Source: Planctomycetota bacterium (GTDB lineage Bacteria; Planctomycetota; MHYJ01; JACPRB01). Taken from it: a DNA stretch of 64,000 nt. The stretch spans positions 17,998-81,997 of the forward strand of contig DATLZA010000156.1 of NCBI GenBank assembly GCA_035574235.1, written 5' to 3'. This document shows, piece by piece, positions 8,597-17,248 of this stretch (positions are counted from its first letter, which is position 1; every line of letters starts with the position of its first letter). The notes below the pieces were generated by a model. The model did not search any database, was not told where the DNA came from, and saw only the letters and a program-made list of their open reading frames with translations. The translations under genes and the position numbers were made by a program.

Positions 8597-9574
8597 ATGA
8601 ACGCGCTCTGCGCCCTGCTGGCGATCGCCGCGGCCACCGTTCAGGACCGTCCTTCGGACGACTCCACCCTGCGCAAGCTCGAACGGGACATCGCCGCCGT
8701 CGTCGAAAAGGTCCGTCCTTCCGTGGTTCGCGTGACCGCGATGCTCGGGAGCGATCCTCTCTTCGGGCCGCGCCGGCGGATCCTCTCGGGCGTCGTTTAC
8801 GGCGGCGAGGGACACGTGGTGACGGAAGCCTCGGGCGTCGAAGGCGCGGAAGACCTGTCCGTGGAAGCCGCCGGGGACGTGTACAAGGCGCGGCACGTGG
8901 CCTCCGACGTGCGGACCGGCGTGGCCGTTCTCCACGTTCCGGCGCGGGGGCTCGTCCCGGCCGCTTTCGTCTCCGAACCGTGCAAGCCGGGGGCCATTGC
9001 CGTGACGGTGGGATATCCCTTCGGCGCGCCGGGGGCTTCGTTCGGGAGCATTGCCGGCTCGGGCCGGTCGATCCTCGTGGGAGGCCGCCGGTACGACGAC
9101 ATGATCCAAGTGACCGCGCCCGTGCATCCGGGCGACTGCGGCGGATTCGTGGCCGATGCGGCGGGCCGGTTCGTGGGGCTGGTGCACTCGCTTTACGGGG
9201 CTGAGCCCGGTCGGTCCGCGGCGCCGGGAGCGGGTTTCGCCGTCCCGGCGGAATGGGTGAAGTTTTCGGCCGACCGCATCATCCGGCACGGACGGATGGT
9301 GCGCGGATGGCTGGGCGTGACGGTCCGCGCCGCCGGGCGGCCCGAAGGGGGCGTGCGGATTTTGCGCGTGGATCCGGACGGACCCGCCGCTCGCGCGGGG
9401 CTGGCGCCGGAGGACGTTCTGGTGGCCTTCGACGGCCGTCCCGTCCGGAATCCGGCGGAGCTGCAGTGGAAGGTGGCCCGTTTCGAAGAGCCGACTCCGG
9501 TGCGGGTGACCCTCCTGCGGGGGGAGGAGCGGCTCGAACTCGAGGTGCGCGTGGAGATCGATCCTCTCAAGTGA
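8597..9574 (+). CDS. HtrA/DegP-like protein with intact PDZ but degenerate catalytic triad (predicted non-catalytic or altered-nucleophile paralog)
   Basis: Trypsin-like fold (PSVVRVTAM…GYPFGAPGASFGSIAGSGR…) plus a C-terminal PDZ (WLGVTVRAAG…GVRILRVDPDGPAARAGLAPEDVLVAFDGRPV). Aligned to the canonical paralog at 10436: TNNHVV becomes TEASGV (His lost), DLALLK becomes GVAVLH (Asp lost), and GNSGG becomes GDCGG (Ser to Cys). The ATG at 8597 is in frame with the longer 8000-start track ORF. Confidence 0.8.
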   Translation: MNALCALLAIAAATVQDRPSDDSTLRKLERDIAAVVEKVRPSVVRVTAMLGSDPLFGPRRRILSGVVYGGEGHVVTEASGVEGAEDLSVEAAGDVYKARHVASDVRTGVAVLHVPARGLVPAAFVSEPCKPGAIAVTVGYPFGAPGASFGSIAGSGRSILVGGRRYDDMIQVTAPVHPGDCGGFVADAAGRFVGLVHSLYGAEPGRSAAPGAGFAVPAEWVKFSADRIIRHGRMVRGWLGVTVRAAGRPEGGVRILRVDPDGPAARAGLAPEDVLVAFDGRPVRNPAELQWKVARFEEPTPVRVTLLRGEERLELEVRVEIDPLK

Positions 9575-9658
9575 AATCGAGTCGCGGAGGACGACTCCCG
9601 AGGCCCGGGGCGTCCCCGTCCTTCGGGATTTGCCGTTCGATGATGGAGGAGAGGTTCC

Positions 9659-10417
9659 ATGGAAGTCCTTCTGGCGGCGCTGGCGGCCCTTCAGGATCCG
9701 GACCCCCGGACTCCCGACCTTCGGGACGTGCGGCTCTACGTCTATGACGCCTCGCGCGGGCTGACGCTGCGCGTGCGCAAGGACGGCGCCGTGGAGGTCG
9801 AGATCGTCGAAGAGGCGGAGGGGCGCAGGGAAGTGCGCCGGTATTCGGCCCCCAGCGTCGAGGCGTTCCGCGAAGCGCACGGGGAGGTGGTCCGCCGGCA
9901 CGGACTGGATCGCTACCTGGGCGCGGCGGCTTCACGCCCGGCGCGCCCGCGGGCGCCGGAATTCCGATCCCGTCCTCCGGCGGAGTGGGATGAGGAGTGG
10001 CGCCGATGGATGGAGGAACAGGAAGATCTCTTCCGGGAGTACCGGCGATTCTTCCGCGGGCCGTTTCCGGTCCCGCCCCGGCCCGAGCGTGACCCTGAGG
10101 CGACCGAACCGCGCGGTCGCGAGTTCGGCCTGCGGGTCGAGGGGCTGGAAGATCCGCTCCGCGAGCGGCTCGGGCTCAAGCCCGGCGAAGGCCTGCGGGT
10201 GGTCGAGGTGCGTCCCGGCACGCCCGCCGCGCGGGCGGGGCTTCTGAAGGACGATATCCTTCTGAAGGTGGACGGAAAGCCGGTCACGGACATCTGGCAA
10301 CTTCGGCGCGACGCGCGGGCGGCGATGCTCAAGCCCGAGTTCGAGCTGGAAGTGCTTCGGGCCGGCGAGCGCAAAACGATTCGCGTCAAGGGAGACTCCG
10401 ACGGCGCGGAGTATTGA
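9659..10417 (+). CDS. PDZ-domain protein (C-terminal HtrA-type PDZ, no protease domain, no obvious signal peptide)
   Basis: RBS ggaggagagg precedes the ATG. C-terminal PDZ: GLRVVEVRPGTPAARAGLLKDDILLKVDGKPVTDIWQLRRD. N-terminal ~150 aa are Arg/Glu-rich with no recognisable domain. Confidence 0.65.
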   Translation: MEVLLAALAALQDPDPRTPDLRDVRLYVYDASRGLTLRVRKDGAVEVEIVEEAEGRREVRRYSAPSVEAFREAHGEVVRRHGLDRYLGAAASRPARPRAPEFRSRPPAEWDEEWRRWMEEQEDLFREYRRFFRGPFPVPPRPERDPEATEPRGREFGLRVEGLEDPLRERLGLKPGEGLRVVEVRPGTPAARAGLLKDDILLKVDGKPVTDIWQLRRDARAAMLKPEFELEVLRAGERKTIRVKGDSDGAEY

Positions 10418-10435
10418 CGGGGAGGAGCGATCGTC

Positions 10436-11596
10436 ATGAAGGACATCCTGCGATCGATCGCCGTGGCGGCGTTCCTGGCGGCGGGCGTGGCGGCGGGGGT
10501 CGGGCTGGGGCGCGCGTTCGACGCTCGAGGGGAAGCGCCCCGGCCGCCGGCGGCGCGTCCCGAACCGCCGGCGGTGCTGGCGAGTCTTCAGGAGTCGTTT
10601 CACGCGGTGGCGGAAGCGGCGATGCCTTCGGTCGTTCACATCACCACCCAGGTGGGCGGCGGGCTCGGGGACTTCTTTCAGCCCATGATGGGCGTGGGCT
10701 CCGGCGTCATCGTGAGCGAGGAAGGCCATATCGTCACGAACAACCACGTCGTGGACGCCGGAGCGGACCGCCTGCGCGCGCTGCGCGTGCGGTTCGTGGA
10801 CGGCAAGGAGTATCCGGCCAAGGTGCTTGGGACGGATCCCGAGAGCGACCTGGCGCTTCTGAAGATTTCGGCCCGGGGAGCCAAGCTCGCGCCGATTCCG
10901 TTCGCGGATTCGGACCGGGTCCGCGTGGGAGACTGGTGTCTGGCGATCGGGAGCCCCTTCGGGTACAACCACACGGTGACGGCCGGCATCGTCAGCGCGA
11001 AGCACCGCCGCGCGCAGCTGGGGCTGCCGTATCAGGATTTCCTGCAGACCGACGCCGCGATCAACCCGGGCAACTCGGGCGGGGCGCTCGTGAACCTGAA
11101 GGGAGAGCTCGTCGGGATCAACACGGCGATCGTGTCCCAGACGCGGGGCAACGACGGCGTGGGCTTCGCGATCAGCTCGAATCTGGTCAAGTGGGTTTCC
11201 GAACGGCTCCAGCGCGAAGGTCGCGTGCGGCGCGGCTACCTCGGCGTGAAGCTGGCGGATCTGGACGCCCAGCTCGTGGAGGCGCTCCGCCAGGAGTACG
11301 GGATCGGGTCGCTGGAGGAGCTGCTGGACCACCTGGGACTCAAGGAGGCCCGAGGCGCCTTCGTCTTCGAAGTCGAGCCGGGCACTCCGGCGGCGGAGGC
11401 GGGGTTCAAGGACAAGGACGTGATCCTCGAATTCAACGGCGAGCGGGTGGCCGGTCAGGGGGACATGCTCTTCAAAGTCGCCCGGCTTTCTCCGGGAACC
11501 GAGGTGACCGTGAAGGTGCTGCGGGACCGCAGGGAGCGCGAACTTCGGGTGAAGCTCGGGGAGCGTCCCCCGATCGATCTGCGCCGGCGGCGGTAG
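10436..11596 (+). CDS. htrA: periplasmic serine endoprotease HtrA/DegP/DegQ family (canonical triad, one PDZ)
   Basis: Signal/TM segment MKDILRSIAVAAFLAAGVAAGVG. Triad motifs GHIVTNNHVV, SDLALLKI and GNSGGALV. PDZ: YLGVKLADLDAQ…GAFVFEVEPGTPAAEAGFKDKDVILEFNGERV…ELRVKLGERP. Confidence 0.9.
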   Translation: MKDILRSIAVAAFLAAGVAAGVGLGRAFDARGEAPRPPAARPEPPAVLASLQESFHAVAEAAMPSVVHITTQVGGGLGDFFQPMMGVGSGVIVSEEGHIVTNNHVVDAGADRLRALRVRFVDGKEYPAKVLGTDPESDLALLKISARGAKLAPIPFADSDRVRVGDWCLAIGSPFGYNHTVTAGIVSAKHRRAQLGLPYQDFLQTDAAINPGNSGGALVNLKGELVGINTAIVSQTRGNDGVGFAISSNLVKWVSERLQREGRVRRGYLGVKLADLDAQLVEALRQEYGIGSLEELLDHLGLKEARGAFVFEVEPGTPAAEAGFKDKDVILEFNGERVAGQGDMLFKVARLSPGTEVTVKVLRDRRERELRVKLGERPPIDLRRRR

Positions 11597-11683
11597 GGGA
11601 ACGCCGCGGACCCGGGAGCGCGCGACGACGCCGCGTCACGCGAGGGGGGCTTTCCGACTCCTCCGGTGGGGAGCCGCTTTCCG

Positions 11684-11953
11684 ATGCGCGCTTTGGGTGT
11701 TTCCTCCCGGGGGGTCGCCGCGGCGATCGGCATGGGCGCGGCGGCGCTCCTTCTGGCGGGAACGTCGGCGCTCACCCCGGCCTTCTGGGTGCGGGCGGCG
11801 GCGGTCCTGGCCGCGGCGGCTTTGGTGTGGCTGGCGGCGCGCTCCGGCGTTCCCGAAACCGATTCCGCCGAGGCCCGGCGCAAGGCCGCGATTCGGGACG
11901 AGCATCCGGAGTTTCTGGACGACGTTCCTACCGGGCCCCCGCCGCGGGAGTGA
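11684..11953 (+). CDS. hypothetical small membrane protein
   Basis: ATG at 11684 follows ggggag. Two predicted hydrophobic helices (AAAIGMGAAALLLAGTSALTPAFWVRAAAVLAAAALVWLAA). 3' end overlaps pabC convergently. No domain recognised. Confidence 0.3.
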   Translation: MRALGVSSRGVAAAIGMGAAALLLAGTSALTPAFWVRAAAVLAAAALVWLAARSGVPETDSAEARRKAAIRDEHPEFLDDVPTGPPPRE

Positions 11954-12704
11954 GCGCCCGGTAGGCGTCCGCCACGCGGCGGGTCACCGGTCCGGGCCGT
12001 CCCAGGGGCAGGATTTCGATGAGCGAATTGGTCAGGAAGGCTTCGTCCGCCTTCCACAATTCTTTGAGCCGCACGGTCCGCTCCCGCGCGGAGGGCTCGA
12101 TTTCAAGCACGATCTTCCGCGTGACGCCCGGAAGGATGCCGGGTCCCAGGCGCGGTGTGACCAGTCGGCCGCCGAAGACGAGGAACACGTTCGTCACGCA
12201 TCCTTCGAGGAGCTCTCCCCGCGGGCCCACGAAAAGGGCGTCCGCGCATCCGCGCCGGAGCGCTTCGCGGTGGGTCAGGACGTTTTCGAGGTAGTTGAGC
12301 GTCTTGTGCCCGCAGAGCGGGCCCCGCGGATCCCTTCGCCACGGGGCGATCATGACCTCGGCCCCCTTGCGGTACCACGCCCGCGGCAGGGGGCGCCGCG
12401 GCCGCGCCAGGACCAGGAGGTGTCCGCCGGCCGACAGCGTGATCCGCACGTAGGCGTCCGGCGCGCGGTTCCGGCGGCACAGCTCGGCGATCACGGGTTC
12501 GAGGTCCGGAAGCCGGAAGGGGACCTTGAAGAGCGCCGCCGAGCGGCGCATCCGCTCGAGATGGTCGGCCAGGCGGAACGGAATTCCGCCGTACGCCCGC
12601 GTGACCTCGAAGACGCCGTGTCCGTAAAGGAGGCCGGGGTCGGTCGCGGGGATGAGCGCCTTCTCTTCGGGACGGAAGGTTCCGTCGAGCCAGACCCAGC
12701 TCAC
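11928..12704 (-). CDS. pabC: aminodeoxychorismate lyase / class IV aminotransferase-fold protein
   Basis: GTG start overlaps the pabB stop (GTGA at 12704-12701). Sequence LIPATDPGLLYGHGVFEVTRAY…LERMRRSAALF…GELLEGCVTNVFLV…LPGVTRK is typical of PabC/IlvE fold type IV. The upstream N-terminal extension in the 647-aa track ORF is Arg/Pro-rich and rejected. Confidence 0.75.
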   Translation of the reverse strand: MSWVWLDGTFRPEEKALIPATDPGLLYGHGVFEVTRAYGGIPFRLADHLERMRRSAALFKVPFRLPDLEPVIAELCRRNRAPDAYVRITLSAGGHLLVLARPRRPLPRAWYRKGAEVMIAPWRRDPRGPLCGHKTLNYLENVLTHREALRRGCADALFVGPRGELLEGCVTNVFLVFGGRLVTPRLGPGILPGVTRKIVLEIEPSARERTVRLKELWKADEAFLTNSLIEILPLGRPGPVTRRVADAYRALTPAAGAR

Positions 12705-14065
12705 GGCAGGGAAACCCCCAGCGCCCGGGCGAGGCCGGCGGCCTTGGCCAGCGTCTCCTCGTACTCGGCCTGCGGATCCGAATCGGCCACGATTCCGCCG
12801 CCCGCCTGGAAGAAGCAGTCCTCGCCGTCCATGAGCACCGTGCGGATGGCGATGGAGAGATTCAGGGAGCCGTCCAGGCCGATCATGCCGAGGGCGCCGG
12901 TGTAGAACGCCCGCCGCGTGGGTTCCAGTTCGTCGATGATCTCCATCGCCCGGATCTTGGGCGCTCCCGTGATCGAGCCTCCTGGGAACGTCGCCCGAAG
13001 GATCTCCACGGGGCCCGCGTCCCGCCGCAGGGTTCCCTCGATCGAGGCGCAGAGATGATGGACGGTCGGGTGGCTTTCGAGAATCTTGGGTTCGGCCACG
13101 CGGACGGTTCCGTACTCGCAGACCCGCCCCAGGTCGTTGCGCTCGAGGTCCACGATCATGGCCAATTCGGCGTCGTCCTTGGGGCTCGACCAGAGATCCC
13201 TCCGGAGACGCTCGTCTTCGTCGGGATCGGGGTCCCGGCGGCGGGTGCCCTTGATGGGCCGGGTGACGATTCGGCGCCCGCGGCGTTCGAGGAAGAGTTC
13301 CGGGGAGGCCGAAAGGACCGCCCGGCGGCCGAATTCGAGGCACGCCGCATAGGGGGCGGGGGTCGCCGCGCGCATCCGTTCGTAAATCCGGACCGGCGGC
13401 TCCGGCACCCGGGCGTGAAAGCGTTGGGAAAGGTTGACCTGGTAGACGTCGCCGGCGGCGATGTACTCGAGGGCGCGGCGGACGGCCTGGACGTACCGCT
13501 CCCGCGTGAAGTTGGCGCCCCGCGGGCCGGCGGGGGCCGAGGCGGCGCCGAACGCTTCGTCGTAGGTGCGCGCGTCCATCGCTCTCGGGGTGTCGCGGTC
13601 GGCGAGTTCCACGATCGCGGCGCGGCGTTCCTGTCGGTCCACGACGAGGAAGCGGTCGTAGAAGCCCGCGACGAGATCCGGAAACCCGAGGTCGTCCTGG
13701 GCGCGCCTCGGGAGGCGCTCGAGGTGCCGCGCGAGATCGTATCCGAAGGCGCCCACGACGCCGCCGGGGAACGGAAGGTCGGGATCGGACTCGACCGGCC
13801 GTTCGGCCAGGAGTTCGCGGAGGGCATCGAACGGGTCGCCCTCCCAGGAGCGCTCGCGGCCGCCGCGCCACAGGGAGATCCGCCGGCCGCGGGCGAGGAG
13901 GACGGCGTAGGGATTGGAGCCCAGGAAGCTGAAGCGTCCGCCCGCCGCGCTTTCCAGGACGAAGGGGAAGGGGTGCCGGGCGGCCGCCGGATACCAGGAA
14001 AGAAGGTCGCGCGGCGGGGCGACCGCCGTTTTTCGGGCGCGGACCGGCTTGCCCAGCTTGAGCAC
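12701..14065 (-). CDS. pabB: aminodeoxychorismate synthase component I (chorismate-binding enzyme)
   Basis: Chorismate-binding core: YQVNLSQRF…SASPELFLER…RPIKGT…DDAELAMIVDLERNDLGRVCEYGTV…FPGGSITGAPKIRAMEII…RRAFYTGALGMIGLDG…GGGIVADSDPQAEYEET. Assignment as pabB rather than trpE rests on adjacency to pabC. Confidence 0.85.
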   Translation of the reverse strand: MLKLGKPVRARKTAVAPPRDLLSWYPAAARHPFPFVLESAAGGRFSFLGSNPYAVLLARGRRISLWRGGRERSWEGDPFDALRELLAERPVESDPDLPFPGGVVGAFGYDLARHLERLPRRAQDDLGFPDLVAGFYDRFLVVDRQERRAAIVELADRDTPRAMDARTYDEAFGAASAPAGPRGANFTRERYVQAVRRALEYIAAGDVYQVNLSQRFHARVPEPPVRIYERMRAATPAPYAACLEFGRRAVLSASPELFLERRGRRIVTRPIKGTRRRDPDPDEDERLRRDLWSSPKDDAELAMIVDLERNDLGRVCEYGTVRVAEPKILESHPTVHHLCASIEGTLRRDAGPVEILRATFPGGSITGAPKIRAMEIIDELEPTRRAFYTGALGMIGLDGSLNLSIAIRTVLMDGEDCFFQAGGGIVADSDPQAEYEETLAKAAGLARALGVSLP

Positions 14066-14094
14066 GGTCGGGGGATTATACTACACTCCCCGGC

Positions 14095-14514
14095 ATGAGC
14101 GCCATTCGGCGCCTGGCCGTGGACGTGGGCTGTCCGGAGTGCGGGCGGCCCAATACGCTCCTTCTGCCCGAGGGATGCTGCGGCAACGAGTTCGTCTGGC
14201 ATGCGCGCTGCGGCGGGTGCGGGGCGTGGCGCTGGTTCCACGCGCGGGAGGACGCCGAGTTCGTGCGCGCCGTGCGCGAGACGGCCCGGCGGCGCGGCGA
14301 GACCGAAGGGCTTTCGCCGGAGGGGACGCGGGAGGCGCACGCGGCGTTCGAGGCCACGGTCGAGCCGTGTCCCTGCGGCGGCCGTTTCCGCGTGGTGTTC
14401 GATTTCCGCGAGGCGGCCTGCGTGGGATGCGGGGCTGCGCTGGGGGGCAGGCCCCTGCCGGTCGTTCCGGCGCGCCCGGTGGCGGTCGAGCCGCTCAGGA
14501 CACCTTCTCGCTGA
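14095..14514 (+). CDS. hypothetical Cys-rich zinc-ribbon protein
   Basis: Five C-x-x-C/C-x-C pairs (CPECG, CCGNE…, CGGCG, CPCGG, CVGCG). A TATACT -10-like box lies 12 nt upstream of the ATG (leaderless-type spacing). The 3' end overlaps the 3' end of the convergent P5CDH gene by 20 nt. Could still be spurious in this GC-rich DNA. Confidence 0.4.
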   Translation: MSAIRRLAVDVGCPECGRPNTLLLPEGCCGNEFVWHARCGGCGAWRWFHAREDAEFVRAVRETARRRGETEGLSPEGTREAHAAFEATVEPCPCGGRFRVVFDFREAACVGCGAALGGRPLPVVPARPVAVEPLRTPSR

Positions 14515-16102
14515 CCACCTTGGCCTGCAGGAACAGCTTCAGGTAGTCCGGGCCGCCCGCCTTGGCGTTCGTGCCGCTCAGGTTGAAGCCCCCGAAGGGA
14601 TGGCCGCCCACGAGGGCGCCCGTGCACTTCCGGTTGATGTAAAGGTTGCCCACGTGGAATTCCCGCCGGGCCTCGGCGATCCGGGCGCGGCCGTAGAAGG
14701 CTCCCGTCAGGGCATATTCGCTGTCGTTGGCGATCTCGAGGGCGTGGGCGAAGTCGCGGGCGCGGAGAAAGGCCAGCACGGGGCCGAAAATCTCCTCCCG
14801 CGCGATCCGGGCGCGGGGGGAGACGTCGGCGAAGATCGTGGGCTCGACGAACCAGCCTTCGCGGCCGGGGATCCGGCGTCCGCCGGCGACGAGGCGCCCT
14901 TCTCGGCGGCCGAGGGCGATGTAGCGAAGGACCTTTCGGAGCTGGTTCTCGTCGGCCAGGGCGGACATCTGGGAGGCCGGGTCGGCCGCGTCCCCGACGC
15001 GCAGGGCCTGGGTTCGGCGGCGCACCTCCTCGAGGAGCCGGTCGTAGACCGGCTCGACGGCCACGACGCGCGAGCAGGCGGAGCACTTCTGTCCCTGAAA
15101 CCCGAAGGCGGAGACCGTGATTCCCGCCGCGGCCTGTTCGAGATCGGCGTCTTCGTCGACGACGATGGCGTCCTTGCCGCCCATTTCGGCGAGCACGCGC
15201 TTGAGCCACCGCTGTCCCGGATGGACCCGGGCGGCGCGCTCGTAGATGCGGATCCCGACGTCCCGGGAGCCTGTGAAGGAGATGAAGCGCGTGAGGGGAT
15301 GGTCCGTCAGGAAATCGCCGACCTCGCCCCCCGGGCCGGGCAGATAGTTGAGGACGCCGGGCGGCACGCCGGCTTTCTCGAAGATTTCGAAGACCTTGAA
15401 GGCGATGACCGGAGTGAGCGAAGAGGGCTTCAGGACGACCGTGTTTCCGGCCCCGAGCGCCGCGGCGGTCATGCCCGTGAGGATGGCGCAGGGGAAGTTC
15501 CAGGGGGAGATCACGAGTCCCGCTCCGAGCGGAAGGTAGAGGAGGGCGTTGCGCTCGCCGGGGACGGGCGTGAGGGGTTGTTCGCCCGCCAGCCGGAGGA
15601 TCTCGCGTCCGTAGTACTCGCAGAAATCGACGGCCTCGGCGGTGTCGGCGTCCGCCTCGGGCCACGTCTTGGCGACCTCGAGGATCATCGTGGCGTTGAG
15701 TTCCCAGCGTCGCTCTCTCATGAGGCGGGCGGCGCGGAAGAGGATCTCGGCGCGTTCTTCGGCGGGAGTGCGCGACCAGGCCGGGAAGGCGTCCCACGCC
15801 GCGCGAAGGGCGCGCTCCGCATGGGCTCGGCCGGCGCGGGACGCGCGGCCCACCAGGCGCGACGGCGCGCAGGGGTTGAAGGAGAGGATCTTCGCGCGGG
15901 TCGGAACGCGTTCTCCGGCGAGGACGAGCGGGCAATCGACGGGGCGGAAGGCGCCGAGCGCTTCCTCCTGGGCGCGGCGGGCGGCGTCGTCCCGGGCGAA
16001 ATCGGTCAGGGGTTCGTTGCGGAATTCGGAGATCACGGCGCCATCTTCGGCGAGGGCCGGCGCCGCGTCAAGACCCGCCGGAAGATCATTCGGGATCTCC
16101 AA
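14495..16102 (-). CDS. L-glutamate gamma-semialdehyde (1-pyrroline-5-carboxylate) dehydrogenase, ALDH family
   Basis: FRNEPLTDF N-terminal signature and ALDH motifs (LGAGNTVVLKPSSLTP, FTGSRDVG, catalytic GQKCSACSR, EEIFGPV). 535 aa. Confidence 0.9.
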   Translation of the reverse strand: MEIPNDLPAGLDAAPALAEDGAVISEFRNEPLTDFARDDAARRAQEEALGAFRPVDCPLVLAGERVPTRAKILSFNPCAPSRLVGRASRAGRAHAERALRAAWDAFPAWSRTPAEERAEILFRAARLMRERRWELNATMILEVAKTWPEADADTAEAVDFCEYYGREILRLAGEQPLTPVPGERNALLYLPLGAGLVISPWNFPCAILTGMTAAALGAGNTVVLKPSSLTPVIAFKVFEIFEKAGVPPGVLNYLPGPGGEVGDFLTDHPLTRFISFTGSRDVGIRIYERAARVHPGQRWLKRVLAEMGGKDAIVVDEDADLEQAAAGITVSAFGFQGQKCSACSRVVAVEPVYDRLLEEVRRRTQALRVGDAADPASQMSALADENQLRKVLRYIALGRREGRLVAGGRRIPGREGWFVEPTIFADVSPRARIAREEIFGPVLAFLRARDFAHALEIANDSEYALTGAFYGRARIAEARREFHVGNLYINRKCTGALVGGHPFGGFNLSGTNAKAGGPDYLKLFLQAKVVSEKVS

Positions 16103-16682
16103 AGTAGAGCGCCTCGTCGAGGGAGGCGGGGGTCGAGCGGGAGGGGATCCGCAGGGGCGAGCCGCACTTGTAGCACTGAAGGGAGGCGCCGGGGCGGAAC
16201 ATCACGACGTTGTACTGCGTATCGCACTGGGGGCAGTAGACGATGAGGCCCTTCTGCGTTTCGGCGATCTTGCGGACCTGTTCGACCGTGAGGTACCCCT
16301 TGATGACCATGATGTCGCCCAGGCGCATGAAGCGGTCCCGGGGGAGCTGCTCCTGGAGGGCCAGGCATTCGGCGAGCTGCTCTTCGGTGCAGAAGCCCAG
16401 GCGGATGGCGACTTTGCCGAAAAGGTTGTCTTCGCGGACGGCGCGCTGGCGGGAGGAGGCCTGGCTGAGGATTTCCTGCTGGGCCTTCAGGATGCGCTCG
16501 AGGTCCTTGTCGCTGACGTACTTGAGCTCCATGAGGAGGACGCCGAGAGGCTTGTGGCCCTGCGCGAAGCGCTGAAGCTCGAGGGCTTCCTCGAGCTGGG
16601 CGCGGGTGACGATGCCCAGCCGCAGGGCGATCTGCCCGAAGAGGGCGTCGGCCTTCGTGCGGTGCTTATCCTCGCTGCTCAT
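16086..16682 (-). CDS. protein with two tandem MshEN/GspE-N-like 24-residue motifs and a C-terminal zinc ribbon (candidate c-di-GMP receptor)
   Basis: Repeats LFGQIALRLGIVTRAQLEEALELQ and LFGKVAIRLGFCTEEQLAECLALQ fit the MshEN pattern RLGxxLLxxGLIxxxxLxxxLxxQ, except the first Arg is replaced by Leu. C-terminal CPQCD…CYKCGS zinc ribbon. Start at 16682 (MSSEDK…) is preferred; 16721 is also possible. Confidence 0.6.
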   Translation of the reverse strand: MSSEDKHRTKADALFGQIALRLGIVTRAQLEEALELQRFAQGHKPLGVLLMELKYVSDKDLERILKAQQEILSQASSRQRAVREDNLFGKVAIRLGFCTEEQLAECLALQEQLPRDRFMRLGDIMVIKGYLTVEQVRKIAETQKGLIVYCPQCDTQYNVVMFRPGASLQCYKCGSPLRIPSRSTPASLDEALYFGDPE

Positions 16683-17196
16683 GGGCGTACCAGAGGAGTC
16701 CGACGAGGCTCTTGGCGTCACGGACGCGTCCGCGCCGGGCGAGTTCCAGGGCGCGCGCCAGGGGCATACGCGCCGTGCGGATGATCTCGTCGGCGTCGCC
16801 CGGGGCCCGGGCGGGGGAGAGGTCCCGCGCGACGAAAAGGTGCATGAGCTCGGTGCAGAAGCCCGGGGCGGTGTAGAACTCGGCCAGTTTTTGCCAGCGT
16901 CCCGCGCGGTACCCGGTTTCCTCCACGATTTCCCGGCGGGCCGTCGCCAGCGGCCGTTCGCCGGGCTCGAGCGTGCCGGCCGGGATCTCGTAGAGTTCGC
17001 GGCCGATCGAGGGGCGGAACTGGCGGATGAGGAGCACGTCGCCGTCGTCGAAGACCGGGAGGATCGCGACCGCCCCGGGGTGTTCGACGACCTGCAGCGT
17101 CGCGCGGCGGCCGTTGGGGAGATCCACGTCCCGGAGAACCAGGCGAAGAACGCGTCCCTGGAAGATCTCCCTGGCCCTCCGCACCCGGAATTTCAC
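16666..17196 (-). CDS. NUDIX hydrolase (ADP-ribose pyrophosphatase-like)
   Basis: Nudix box GTLEPGERPLATARREIVEETG. 176 aa. Confidence 0.85.
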   Translation of the reverse strand: MKFRVRRAREIFQGRVLRLVLRDVDLPNGRRATLQVVEHPGAVAILPVFDDGDVLLIRQFRPSIGRELYEIPAGTLEPGERPLATARREIVEETGYRAGRWQKLAEFYTAPGFCTELMHLFVARDLSPARAPGDADEIIRTARMPLARALELARRGRVRDAKSLVGLLWYAHEQRG

Positions 17197-17248
17197 GTCC
17201 CCGATTCTAATGACGGGGGCGGGGAATGCAAAGGGTATCCAGGGGGAG

